Positions 39,691 to 53,828 are shown, counted from the first letter of the stretch. The stretch: DNA of 64,000 nucleotides from the human T2T-CHM13v2.0 reference genome, Homo sapiens (GCF_009914755.1 NC_060947.1), one strand, 5' to 3'. Numbers and translations are program-made. The notes: generated by a model not told the origin, from the sequence alone.

Positions 39691-40339
39691 TCTACTCCAT
39701 AGGGGGAAATGAATGTGTCAGGAAAAAGGTGCTCTGTTTCTGAAGAAAGAGAAACATGAAAGGTTAGACAAAGAATATAAAGGTAACTGAAATCCTCGAA
39801 GTAAAATAAATTCCACCTCTTAACTATACCTATAATCCTTTGTTTCACAGGCCAGCCTAAATTTACCACTTTATCTTATAGAGTTGTCTGTGTGAATCCG
39901 CTTTCTTATGATATAGTGAGCTCCTTTAAACATTGTGGCATGCTTTATTCATCTTTATGTCTGTCATAGATTAGAAGTAGTAAGTGTTCAATAAACATTT
40001 GTTGCGTTAAAAGTATTAGAAAGGAAATAGACTGTACACTTTATTCTCGATTGGTAGAAATTTTATGGTGTAATCCTAAGGTAAGGTACACTATTGATTT
40101 CAATGTTTGAATTTTTTATTTTATTTTCTATCTAAAACAATTCACATGTGTAATGAATTAAACATCTGTCTTTTGTGAGGTGATACTTAAAAAATACTTA
40201 GAGACACTTAAATAAGGAGCATAATGCTGTAGAAATACCATATATGGAATCTATTCAATTTAACAAAACTTTATATTGAGCTTCTACCACATGCCTGATA
40301 GTATACTCAATGCTGGAAATATCTAATATAATGATGTTA

Positions 40340-40590
40340 AGAGCTTCAATTTATTGATTAGTTAGCATACAACAGGCAATCTGCAAGGTGTTTACAGCAA
40401 ATTATGCTTATTTACTCATCGCAATACCTCTACGAAGTTGGCTTTATTAGCATCTCCAGATTAAGGAAGAGGAAATCAAAGCTTTAAAACATTAATTTAT
40501 TCTAAATCACACAGCTAAGAAATGACGGAACCATGATTCGGACCAACGTTGTCCGAAGCTAGAGTCTGCTTTCAACAGCTCTGCTGTATT
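40340..40590 (-). mobile_element. MIR SINE
   Basis: TTTACTCATCGCAATACCTCTACGAAG...GAGGAAATCAAAGCT...TCACACAGCTAAGAAATGACGGAACC. Confidence 0.7.
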
Positions 40591-40771
40591 GACTCATTCC
40601 GAAGACAGGGTTAGCCCTTAGGAAAGCCACATGCAAAAGAGACCCAATTACTTTCTACTGTTTAAACCTGAGCGAAACTAGGGTTACGTTTACCTAGGTC
40701 CAAAGTCCTAATAGACCCCAAAGGGGAGCTCTTTTTTGGATACATGTCAGGAACATGTTAAGGTACAACTT

Positions 40772-41865
40772 TTCATTCATCAATTCAATAAATTTCTCTT
40801 GAATATTTGTTGTGTACAATTACTGTGGTTCTATGAATTCAGTGGTGAGTAAGTAAAGAATGCCCAATATCTAGTGGGTGACACAGATAATAATCAAATC
40901 CTCACACAAATAACATGTAATTACAAACTGAATTAAGGATGAGGAGAGGAAAATAAAGAGCACTAGGACAGCATGCAGCAAGAGGACTTAATTCAATTTG
41001 TGGAGGGGGTGACCAGGGAAACCTTCCTGAGCAAGTGACAACCGATCAAGACCGGTAAGACGGGCAGGAAAACGTGAGTGTGTGGAGTGGGTGGAGACAG
41101 TGAGCAGATTCCCTGACAAACGGAATAGTACGTGCAAAGGAAAAAGAGATTACAGCACTGTAGTTAGAGAAATCTAAAAAAAAAAAAAAACAAAGTTAGT
41201 GTAGTTGGAGTACAGAGAATGAGCAGATGAGAGGGATAGTAAAAAATACTGCCAACATAGCAAAGGACAGACTATGCAAAGCTTTGCACACCATTTTAAG
41301 GCTAAAATTAATGTGAACCTTTTGAAGGAGAAATCTAGCCAAGGCTAGATTTATATTTATTAAATATCACACTATCTGTAGGCAGAACAGTCTGGTGGGT
41401 AGGGGGGTTACTGTGTTAATTCCAATGAGAGACGATGGTAGCTTGCACTAGGATACTAATGGGCATAAAGAAAAACTGTAGAGATATTGAGAAGGTTAAA
41501 TCAGTAGGACCAGGTGACAGATTTAATAATGGTAGTTGACGGACAGTGAGGAAGAGTGAGGAAAAAAAATCCAGACTTTTGGCTTGCTTAACTGGATAGT
41601 GTCATTCACTGGGATGGAGGAACCTGGATGTGTATCGGGTTTGAAGGACAAGGTCGAACATTCAGTTTGGTCCTTGTTGAGTCTGAGTTGCCTCTGATAC
41701 ATTTAAGTGGAGATGTCAATTAGGCAGGGGGGTATGTATATAAGACTAGCATTCAAATGAGAGTTTCAGGGCTGGAGATGTAAATATTAGAAGCTTTGCA
41801 GAAACATTAGTTAGGTTAAATCAGGAACATAGATAAGATTACCTAGGGACAGAAGACAAAGTGAA
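40772..41865 (-). mobile_element. L2 LINE remnant
   Basis: TTCATTCATCAATTCAATAAAT (L2 3' end), CTTCCTGAGCAAGTGAC, GTGCAAAGG, GAGAGACGATGGTAGCTTGCACTAGG, AAGTGGAGATGTCAATTAGGCAG. Confidence 0.82.
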
Positions 41866-42084
41866 GAAATGAAAGGAGATATCATTCCTTCTTTGGAACC
41901 TTGTGTAGTGAATCAGAATCAAACCCTGTTTAATTTTAAATTACAAAGCCAATCTAACCACTCACTGTGTAGATGAAGAGAACTGAAGTCCTGCGAGTTT
42001 TATCCATTTGCTAGATTGTAAAAGTCAAGCTGGGGCAAGAACTCAAGTCTTCTGAGCTGCAGTTTAATTCTCCACCTTTATCGA

Positions 42085-42205
42085 TATTTCTTAAAATGTG
42101 GTCCTGGAACCAGCAGCATCAGCATCACTTATACACTTAAAAATGCAAATATTTAGGCCCCATCCCAGATCTACTGAATCAGAAGCTCTATGGCTAGGGC
42201 TCAGA
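42085..42205. mobile_element. MER5A/B fragment
   Basis: AATGTGGTCCTGGAACCAGCAGCATCAGCATCAC...GGCCCCATCCCAGATCTACTGAATCAGAA. Confidence 0.85.
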
Positions 42206-42288
42206 TGCATATTCAGGTCAGAGGGCTCCTGCTCTATTTTGTGTAATCCCCTTCCTGAGTGTTAGCAAAGTGATGGGTTCACACTTAC

Positions 42289-42410
42289 GGGTAGAGAGGT
42301 AGCAGGAGGAAAGTGAAGCTGTTCTTGACTCTGTGCCAGAAGAGATTACAGAAACTGACCCTCTCGAACTCAACAGAAGCTGTAGACCACATTGGTACAT
42401 GTGTTTTATA
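42289..42410 (-). promoter_or_regulatory. Candidate TATA promoter and first exon ending in a GTAAGT donor
   Basis: Minus-strand TATAAAA at 42410-42404, a CA initiator-like site at ~42381, and donor CCC|GTAAGT (intron starts at 42288), all in unique sequence. Confidence 0.35.
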
Positions 42411-43259
42411 AACTACAATCATGCATGCCGTTTCTGTGCTTTGCAAAAGAGACAGATAGTGGTGCCAGGGGAAAGGACATTAGCAGTCCAAGTTGATTAG
42501 GTAAAATGGTCTGACACAGTGAGGCAAAAGTTGATTTGGTAAAAACTTGACATAGACGGCACTTTCAACCATCGGTATCCACTTAATAGATGTAAACAGC
42601 TATTTTCACGACACAAACACCCACACTTACATCTTTAGAACAGTCTCAGCAATTCTGTATGCTTGCCAGATAAATCTCTGCTGCAAATTATCCTCCAGCC
42701 ATGAGATTTAAAACCAAGAGTTTCTAGTGTTTTGTTCCTTTGAAATATGTAACCTTAACCAGATGTTTATACCCTGGGTCACAAAAATCTAATTGAATAG
42801 TTCACTTGATGTGTTCGCACAATTAAGAAACTCTTCTTCCTTAATAGGGGAAGAGGGGCAAATTCATATGTTTAATTTTCAAAAACACAGAGCGTTCTCT
42901 GCTCTACAACAGTCTATCAGCTAGAAATGTCTATTAACTGTCTCTTCTCTACTTCATGAGCACAAAGATAAGTTGTGGTTTTAGGGACCCTTTGGGGGAT
43001 ATTAAGAGATCTTGAGGTAAATGCTAAACCAAACAGTTTAGTTTGTATTCAGGACAGTAGACACGTTTTATATACTATCATCCTACTTTAACATTAATTA
43101 TATTAAAAAATTCTTCTTTTAACTGGGCTATCTAATTAATAAGGCCAGCAACATTCCTTGACCAATATGCTTGTATAAGCTTAGTTTATTTTTGTGTATA
43201 GGATTTATATATTCAATTGTACTGATGAAAAAAGTATCAGGAGCTTCTGATCTTCCTTT

Positions 43260-43886
43260 GTGACAGTGAGAAATACAGAACTCTCAGCACTTAACAACTC
43301 TGTCCAAACCCTTGCACTAAGACTTGACTAAACTCTAGTATGGTTTCTAGCCCCAGAAGGCCATGTCCCTAGGATGACCCTAGCCTTCCCTTAAGTGCCT
43401 GCTTGAGAAAGCTCAGTGCTGCCAGGAAAATTTAATGTTTGTTCTAGCCAACACACATCTGTTGATAGGACTCTTACCTCCGTTTCTTAGAACATTTACT
43501 CAAAAGGGCTTACAATTGTGAACATGTAGCTCTTGGAAATCAGAAGTGTCTCTCACTCAAGGACCTGAAAGCCATTCTTTTCAAATGACATCATCAAGAA
43601 GGATAAGTCCTCTGTCTCCTGTTCTCTGTGGGAAGATAGAATCCTAACTTCAATAACTTCCAGCTAACACAGCTGGCCTAATCACATTTACACTGTCCAG
43701 CCCTTTGTACTTTTTTACTTCTCTAACTCGAATGAACCCCCACTCCTTCTCCCTCCTTCTTGCCTTAAAACAACCAAGTCGCCTCTGCACAAATTAGAAT
43801 GGATCTCAGCTCTCCCCTAATTTCACGAGGTATTGAATAAAATCTGTTTTTACCTCTTTAATATCCAGCTGTGTTTATCTCTGACA
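43260..43886 (+). mobile_element. ERV1 solo LTR (MER67/MER31-like)
   Basis: GACTTGACTAAACTCTAG...GTCCCTAGGATGACCC...TGCCTGCTTGAGAAAGCTCA...AATAAAATCTG...CTCTGACA end. Confidence 0.7.
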
Positions 43887-45886
43887 ATATATATGCTCTC
43901 AAAAGCATTCCGATAAATAAATTTTCCTCAATGATCAAGCATAATAAAATACATCAGCTTTGTTAAATCACCTAAATACTCAAACAACTCTACCATTAGT
44001 ATGTGAGGTAGCTTTGAAAGTATTTCTAATTTTTCTTTCTCTTTAATATGCCACAGGAAGGGACGAGGCATTTATTTGAACCTTCAATTATATGCTATCA
44101 TAGTAAGAAGATGATTGGACCATAAATGCAAAGACATGTATTTGCAATTGCATTGCTCAAGAATGCCAGTTATGTCCATTATCCATCCCTTCAATGAAAC
44201 AAAGACCATCCATTTTCTTTTAGAGGTAATCACTACTGTCCAATGCAAGACACAGAAAATAGGCAATTTGGAAGTATAGTAACTAGTTAGCAATATTCTT
44301 TTAACTTTCTATATAGGTATACTTTTTACATGCATTAATTTCACTGTAAAACAAGTAAAATTATATGATTAAAAAGAAAACCAGCTTCTAAGATTTTGAG
44401 AATGCATTGCATACAATGGTCAATGTTAATCTAGTCAACAAAGAACTGTTCAATAAAACATGTTTGTTTACAAAATCAGTGGAAGACTTCCTCAGAAATA
44501 TTTTATGTAACAAATGCCTAGGGTGGGCTGAAGAGAAAAATCCAGTAAAATGGCATTTCAAAATTTATATTTTCCTTTACATGCCTCTAATTTAAAATAA
44601 ATATCTGATATTTTTCATAGATTTAGTTTGTAGTACAAAATCATGAATTAAATCCTAATGATTTGAACTATAATTTAAAAAATTATATTCCAAATAGCAA
44701 GCCAATCGATTGACATTTACAATCTTCTGATAAATGCAAAGTACCAATTCCCTAAACATAGCGTTTTATGGTGACTTTTTCAAAATAACTACATCATTCA
44801 AAACTATTGAGTTGCCTGTAAAACCTAAATTGCTTGAACATTAGTTCTGGAGAAATTTTCATGATGCCTTTAAACTCTCAGTGTCAAATTCAACATTTAG
44901 GCTTTAAAGCCTATGGGTGGTATTTATCACCATTCAACACTCGCATTTATCACATAAGGAAAATATGTTTAAGAAAGCAAAACTGAAATAGGAACTCAGG
45001 GTTTAAAACACTTCTACTTATAACCTGTGTCGTTCCTCTTTGTGTAAAGTCTATGACCTGCTGTTTGGAAAGACACCAGATATGGAGAAGATTTTGAAAT
45101 GCCCAAATCTTTATAACAAAGCATCGAACAGAGGATCTGAAAGAAAGAGCACAACAGAAACTCAATGAAATATCTAGCTTATCAGTCTGACAATTAATCA
45201 TATCTAAGGCCCCACCTCTAATCTCAGTACCTTAGCCAAAAATTAAATACCAAGGACAGTTACAGTTTGCTCTAGATACCTAGAGGAAAGAGAACCTCCT
45301 TTTCCTCATCTTTTCCATACTAAAAATGTATATTGTATCTTTCAGATTAATATATCAGCTAAAATTTTGTTACTTCAATAAACCATTTTTGCAGCATAAC
45401 TCTTGACTGCAAATAAAAGTATATATACTGACAATCCTCAAATTTTGTTTTTCAGCTTTGCTTCATCAGATTACTAGAATGAGGCAGTGTCATGCATTGA
45501 TTCAATAAAATTTCCAAAGTCACCTAATAAAAGTACATTTTATGATGAGAAAACAACACCAAAAAATAGTTACCAATGCTTGATACCTCTTGAGATGTGG
45601 ACCTCTTAGAGGCCAATTTGACAGTCAGAAGAGTATGAGTAATGTTTTTCAAAAGTTTCATGAGTACAAAATTAAAATCCTACAATGTAATACCAGCTTC
45701 TCTTCCTACTTAAAGGAGATCATAACGATTGAATCAGGATTACATTCAAATAAGCCAATGACAAATGTGAAATGAAAGAGTTATTCTCACCAATAATCAT
45801 TGCATCCTAAAAGCCAAAGAAAAACTGCTATAAGGGACTTCTCAATCAGTCCCTATAGATAGGAATTGGTAGTTCCTACAGAAAAA

Positions 45887-45931
45887 ATATATATACATCT
45901 ATATATATATAGATATGGAGAGAGAGAGAGG

Positions 45932-45966
<35 letters not shown>
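45887..45966. repeat. Compound (TA)n-(GA)n microsatellite
   Basis: Direct read. Flanked by a ~22-bp direct repeat. Confidence 0.95.
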
Positions 45967-45968
<2 letters not shown>

Positions 45969-46669
45969 TTGGTAATTCTACAGAAAACATTATGTCCAAG
46001 ATTTTTTCCTTGGCTTCTGATTTCGAGGCCAACGAGTTTGGGTCATTTTAAAGGGCAGACATCAGCAAGTGCCTGCAGTGACAAATAGTTATTAGCTGCA
46101 ACACAATACTTTTTATTTCCAAAGGTTGGCCAGATTGACCAAAGGAGAATCTTTTCTTCTATCCTTCCTTTCTCATTTTTCAAAGACTTTTTTTTTTTTT
46201 TTTTGGTCCCAGAAACCTTTAAGTCTTTTTAAGCTGGCTTTTTTCCCCCTTACGCTTTAGCTTTGCTCTTTTCTTTGAGGTCTCAGTGACATATAGGTCA
46301 GGGACGTCTTTACCAATGTAATATTAGTGGAGAGTTATAACAAGGGGGTGAGGACACTGAAGGCTTACACAGGTGCCTGAATAATTTGCCTTATCACTCC
46401 ACACTGGTGCAAGTGGTGCAGAAATAAGAGCAGATTATGGCTTTTGCTACATATACTTTTGGATTTACAGATCAAGTGTAGGTTTTCAGAAAGTTTGAGT
46501 GTTACACACAATTATTACCACCATACCCACTATTATCAATGCCAGAATTATCAATGGATAAAATTTGTTTTTATTATTTTCTATTGACACTGAGTTTTAT
46601 ATATATATATATGTGAAATCTTGTTTCTGTATAAATTCCCATAATGCACACTCCATCCAAGAACAAACA

Positions 46670-47580
<911 letters not shown>

Positions 47581-48559
47581 CAGCTCTTTGAAACAGGTAC
47601 GAGTTTTCTTGTTATCTTAAGGATAAAAAATTCCTGAAGTTTAGAAGGGGTAAGTGACAGGTTCTAGATCACATAGCATCCAGCAGAGCCAACCATTGAA
47701 AGTAAGACTACATGCCTGTCTAGCCAAATAAAATGAATTTGGACACATTGTGATGGAGCTAGGGATTGTCAAGATCATGTATAGACATCCTAACATTCTT
47801 GTCGCATTGGAAAACGCAGATATTATCATGTATTATGAGAATAATTTCTTAGTCAGGGATGGTCATTAGTGATGAAGAAAAAACCCTTTAAAACTAAGAT
47901 AACTTCAAGAAAATGGGTCATTTAATCCTCTGTTCTACTGCTGCTGTTTTACACGACATTCTCCTCTAGGTATTACGTATTCAGTGGAAAATATTTAGTG
48001 CTTGTAATAAAGTAAGCCAATGGCCATATTGTGAAGTATAGTGCTCTACACTGGATGTCAGAAGACCTCAGTGCCAGACCCTGCTTCTTCACACAGTAGT
48101 TGGAGGGTAAAGTCATCTGAGACTGTCAGTTCCGTAATTTTAAAATGGAAAAAGCATATCTGTCATATCAACCTCAAGGGACTGAGAGATCAATGGAGAT
48201 GATGGCTATAAAAGCACATTTTAAATGCCAGAGGGATATAAAAATGGAAGGTCCCATCATTGTTATTTAGGGATGAAGGCTTTTTAATCTATATGTGTTC
48301 AGTAACATATATTGCATGAGAAAATAGGTGAATGATGAATATTATAAAATAATACAAAAATACAATATTAATAGATATAATGCTTACCTATAAGGTCAAT
48401 TTGTTTTGACCTAAATTTAGATTAGGCAACATGTTGCATAAATGGGTGGGTCAGTAACGGAAATGTCACTCTAAAAAATGTGCAAGGAAGCAACTGTCCA
48501 TCATGGTCAAATTACTTCAGATGCCTTGAATTCATGAATAAAACACTCCATCAAATTTT

Positions 48560-48770
48560 ATGCATCTCAAGCACTTCTCACACATTTAAATCCACAACAT
48601 CCTAGTGAGGTAGGGAAGGAGGAATATTTCATTTTTCTTATTTGGTGAAATGAGGATAATGAGGCACAAGGAGGTTAATGATAGATTTGAAGTGAATGCA
48701 ATCAGTCAGCAGCAAAACCATGGTTGGAATTTAGGTTCCCTGAATTCCACTTAGGGTTCTTTTCGAGATA
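48560..48770 (-). mobile_element. MIR SINE
   Basis: ATTTAAATCCACAACATCCTAGTGAGGTAGG...TGAGGCACAAGGAGGTTAA. Confidence 0.7.
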
Positions 48771-49203
48771 CTACGTTAACTACATTTCATTGTTGGAGGA
48801 ATTTAATTCAGTCATGTAGATACAGATGCTCACAACATCTTTTTTCATCCTACTAAGGAATCTTGCTGCTAATTCAACCACTGAGACAAATAATACGTGG
48901 ACCTGCGCTGGAGATTTGGCTTCGGTGTTCATTCAAGTCATTTCCTGAGCTAACTTCTGTTCCTTTTCCTATGAATACTATATTTTTTCACATTATACCA
49001 CTGAATTATTCAGATTCATTGAATACCCTTAGAGTTATTAACATGTTATATCTAAAAAAATTACTGCTTTCTCCTTTTGGTTATATAGCTAGAAAGTCAG
49101 GATATAGTAAAAGGAGACCCAAAATGTAGGTTTTGAAAATAGAACGTCAGTTTTTGAGGACACCACACACTTTTGTTTTTCTTCCCATCTCATTGATCAC
49201 TCC

Positions 49204-49213
49204 TTTTCTTTTC

Positions 49214-49244
<31 letters not shown>

Positions 49245-49524
49245 AGATGAAGTCTCGCTCCATCGCCCAGGTTGGAGCGCAGTGGCACAATCTTTTGGCT
49301 CACTGCAACCTCTGTCTCCTAGGTACAAGCAATTCTTCTGCCTCAGCCTCCAGAGCAGCTGGGACTACAGGTGTGTGCCACCACACCCAGCTAATTTTGT
49401 ATTTTTAGTAGAGATGGGGTTTCACCATGTTGGCCAGGCTGGTCTCCAACTCCTGACCTCGTGATCTGCCCGCCTCGGCCTCCCAAAGTACTAGGATTAC
49501 AGGTGTGAGCCACCATGCCTGGCT
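49204..49524 (-). mobile_element. AluS (Sg/Sc-like)
   Basis: (TTTTC)n tail and full dimer. TSD GATCACTCCTTTTC / GATCATTCCTTTTC. Confidence 0.96.
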
Positions 49525-49559
49525 GATCATTCCTTTTCATTATCCTGTGCTGTTTTCTC

Positions 49560-50540
49560 CTTTGTCAATCCACCTCTTAATGTTAGAGTCCTTAGTCACG
49601 TTGTCATTTCTATCTATATTCTTCCTTAGTGATACAATCTGATATCACAGCTTTAAATGTTATCTTATACAAACACCTCCGAAATTTAAACGTCCAACCT
49701 GGACCTTTTTTGCTGAACTCTAAAGGTATTTATTCAATTGCCTATTCAATATATCTGGTGATATGTCTAACAGATATCCAAATTTAATGCCTCCCTAATC
49801 GCCCCATTCTATCTATAGTCTTTATTATTTCAGTTTAGGGCAACTTTATCCCTTCCAGTTAATCAGAGCAAAAACGTTGGAGCCATTCATGACTCCATTT
49901 TTCTCCCATGCCCCTTATCCAATTCATCCAGAAATCCTTGTTGGCCCCACTTCCAAACACGTTCAGAATATGACTATTTCTTATCACCCTGGTCTCAGTC
50001 AGCATCATCTTCTCACACTTAGAAAGAGAAAAACGTCCTTACAATGGCTTCAAAGGTCCACCCTCACCTCACTAACATTCTCTCCTAAACCTCTCTCACT
50101 TACTTCACTCTAGCCACACTGCAGATAACCAGCCCCAAACAGCAGATAAACCGATGGCTTAGGAATTCTGCATTGACTGTTTACTGAACCCAAAATGAGT
50201 TTACTGCTGATATCTACATGATTCAACCCCATGCCTCATTCTTTGAGATCTTTGCTCAAATGTCACCTTCTCAATGAAGAATACCATGATACCCTATTTA
50301 AAATTGGAATGTACTCCAGCATGAGCCATCTCTTATTTTACCCTTCTTCTTTTTTTTCACAGCACTTATCACTTTTGAACATACTATACAATATACTTAT
50401 CGTATCTGTCTTTCACTATTTGAGACCCCCAAGAATCCAGAGGGCATACATCTTTTCTGCTTTGTTCACTGACACATTCAAAACATCTACAGTAGTGGCT
50501 GACATATGGTGGTGGCTCAATAAGTATTTTTCAAATTAAC
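49560..50540 (+). mobile_element. L2 remnant
   Basis: CTGAACTC...ATTCAATTGCCTA, GCTCAAATGTCACCTTCTCAATGA, CTGCTTTGTTCACTG...GGCTCAATAAGTATTT. Confidence 0.8.
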
Positions 50541-51669
50541 CTGATGCTAAGTCCAGAACTTTCAACTGCCCAGTCACAGAGCTAGCTTCAGGGCATTTAA
50601 AGAACTGAACAAACAGATAATGGAAGTGGGTTCATGTAGATAGAGAAGAAATTAAAAGAATTCTCATTCTCATGTAGAATGAGAAGACAATGGGGAATAG
50701 GGATACACATGTCCTTTTTTTTTCTACTGCAGGCAAGGCACAGAAGCGGGGATGTAAACAAAGGAGACATCCGTGAAGATGCTAATATAGGTTTTCACAA
50801 TTCTAAAAAAAAGATAAAATAAACTATGTGTTTAACGGTGACATGGTTTTAAAGAGTTGCTGAATGATCAGTCTCCCTTTCCTTTTCTTTCTTCCAGCGC
50901 TATATTATTTCAAAGGGTCACTGGTTACTTCATGGGAACCAGACGTTGTTATTGCCACTTGTATAAGTCAGATGAATAAAGAGAAATTCTTGATAAATGA
51001 GGTATACTTTGAAGGCAAAATGTTCAGAAAATAGGGTATATGTGAGATGAAAAAGTATCCTCAGAGATGAAAGGATTTGCCAAAAACTGATATAAATTCC
51101 ATGGGTGCAAACAGAGTTCTAAGCCTACTGCAATAAGATTTGACTTTATTGGATTATCTATGAAATATATTATTGTAGTAGGGGTCTATTTTTATGGCCA
51201 CATCTGGTCTAGACTTCACAAAAGAATTACAATGGGAATATACTCTACCAAGATGCCAAAAAACACATATCTCTTCATTCCTGAAAGATATTGCCTAGAC
51301 TGTCTAAATCTGAAAATTAACAAGGATTCTGTAATTACTTCATTTTCATCTACATTTCCCCAAACTAAAAGGTATCCTAGATTATTTGAGCTATAGATGT
51401 GTTTTTATGTACAGCTTTTTAAATTAATAGTCCACTAGCTCTATCGGTTACAGCAGTAATAAAAAAACTTTTATGGAAAGTTCTCTGAGACTAAAAGTGA
51501 TTTACATGCAAATATATGGAAATGATTCCCTTCTTAAAACAGTAACAAAAGGTGTGTTTGAAAATTCATGCTTTGGAAGAATAAATGATTTTCACATAAT
51601 CATTCTAGTAAGTTGTTTATTTTTATTGACATGCATCTTTTATTAGCTATTTAATGGTGGTTCACAGGG

Positions 51670-51946
51670 GTGAGTGCACTGGATCACGCCTGTAATCTCG
51701 GCATTTTGGGAGGCCAAGGTGGGCAGATTGCTTGAGCTCAGGAGTTTGAGACCAGATGGTGAAACACCATCTCTAAAAAAAAATACAAAAAATTAGCTGG
51801 GCATGGTGGCGTGCGCCAGTAGCCTCAGCTACCCGGGAGGCTGAGGTGGGAGGATCACCTGAGCCTGGATGGTTGAGGCAGTGAGCCATGAATGCACCAC
51901 TGCACTCAAGCCTGGGCAGCAGAGCAAGACTTTGTCTCAAAAAAAT
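51670..51946 (+). mobile_element. AluJ with a small internal deletion
   Basis: CACGCCTGTAATCTCGGC...GCTTGAGCTCAGGAGTTTGAGACCAG^ATGGTGAAAC...GAGGTGGGAGGATCACCTGAGCC. Confidence 0.93.
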
Positions 51947-52771
51947 GTGATCCACAAAAAACAAATTTAAGTTGTTGAATATTTTAGGCTAGCTCAAATA
52001 CTTAACTTTAATTTTCTATTAAAATATATACCTTATTTAATGCTAATGGCATCTAATTTGCAGCTATCGTTACTATACACATAAACTGCACAAATCAAAA
52101 TAAATAGAAAACAAATATTAATAAAATTTAGTCATTAACCCTTCTGGATGACATGTTATAATTAGGATATTAATTGGAATTGGCATTATAAAACCATTTA
52201 GAATTCGTTGTATTAAAAAAATCTGATTCCATAAATCATGGGGAATTTTTTATTTTAATGACCCATGTATTAGACTTACAGAAAATTGTGGACCTTAAGT
52301 AATGTTTTATTAAAATGTTCTGCTATTTAATTTGTCATATTTAAAAATAGCTAAAATCATAGTTTTAATTTTAGTAATATTTTTCATTGTGTTCTAAGTA
52401 AGCCAACCCTTAAACATCAAATGCTTTCTTTTGGGATATGTCTTTTCAACTTCTGGTTCCCTCAGGTTTGATCCATTGACATTCTAGGCACTGTTGGTGT
52501 GTCCCACCTAGTATATACCAGCCAGGCCTTCTTTATCATGCCCCCTGGGCAAAGAAAAACTGATTCCATTTATACTAGAATAATATCATTGTTGTCACTA
52601 CTTATTACCTAGGCAATTGGTCACACTCTACTCCCTTCTTATGGTACTTTCATTAAGGCATATGTTCCTTTATGAAAAACATTCCATTCCTGGCAGCCGA
52701 AGTCAATCTACAAATAGCCAGGTAGCAAATCAATGCAGATTACAAGAGAAAGTGAACAAGCAACAGAGATT

Positions 52772-52785
52772 AAACAAAACAAAAC

Positions 52786-52813
<28 letters not shown>
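52772..52813. repeat. (AAAAC)n pentanucleotide repeat
   Basis: Direct read, ~8 units. Confidence 0.95.
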
Positions 52814-52817
<4 letters not shown>

Positions 52818-53008
52818 AGAGATTGTGACTTGAACGTGGCACAGCCTAGTTCCTTGTTCTGCCTTGTCCTTCAAAAAACAGGGTCATTATTTTGTGAGAT
52901 TCAAACTGGTTTTGAAAATTAATCATCTCATGGTATACAAATTCTAATCCACCGATGGATGAAGTAGAACTTTCCATGTTTCTTCCACTGCCACTTAGAA
53001 AATAATAT

Positions 53009-53240
53009 TGGGAATTGAACAATGAGAACACATGGACACAGGAAGGGGAATATCACACTCTGGGGACTGCTGTGGGGTGGGGGGAAGGGGGAGGGATAGC
53101 ATTGGGAGATTTACCTTAAGCTAGATGACGAGTTAGTGGGTGCAGCGCACCAGCATGGCACATGTATACATATGTAACTAACCTGCACATTGTGCACATG
53201 TGCCCTAAAACTTAAAGTATAATAATAAATTTAAAAAAAA
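53009..53240 (+). mobile_element. Short young L1 3' end (L1PA2-like)
   Basis: GCTAGATGACGAGTTAGTGGGTGCAGCGCACCAGCATGG has GAG rather than the L1HS-Ta ACA. Perfect 13-bp TSD AGAAAATAATATT at 52997-53009 and 53240-53252. Confidence 0.93.
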
Positions 53241-53828
53241 GAAAATAATATTTTATTATGTACAGCGTGCATTATCAGCACAGATAACACAAAACTTTTT
53301 TTAAAAATGTGGGTTTATTCTAGATTTTTAAATCTATGAGGCTTATTTAGAATGCTGAATTAAACTATACAAGTTAATCTTGAAGAACCAGATATTGGAA
53401 TTGCTGCTCTCATTAATTCCTCCCACCTGATTTGTGTATGCCATCGCCAGCAAACCACATAGTTGGTGCCTCCTTTACAAAAAAAAGTTGTGCTAGGAGA
53501 CAAGCATAAATTACAAGGTCAGAGGAATACCTTCAAGAATCTTAAACCCATTTGAACAGTATAGAAACCTAGGGATGGAAAAAACTCTAATAGAAGAAAA
53601 CTACAAGAACCAAAGGGGTAAGCCAGTACAACCTCTGCAAAGGTAATCTTACTCCATCCACTAAACATAGCATTATATGTTTAGTCACTCACACACAAAG
53701 ATAGTGAATGACTGATAAGGAGAACCTGGCCAGGCATTAACAGGGGATGGCCTTTCATTGAGTAAAAGATATTCCTTCCAGAGTAGAGCTGGTAAAGCCG
53801 AAGAGAACTGTATTCAAATGAAAGTATA

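Noticed and set aside
50713-50980. Two strong plus-strand acceptors followed by AATAAA
   Set aside because: No matching strong donors or other support. Such sites are common by chance in T-rich DNA.
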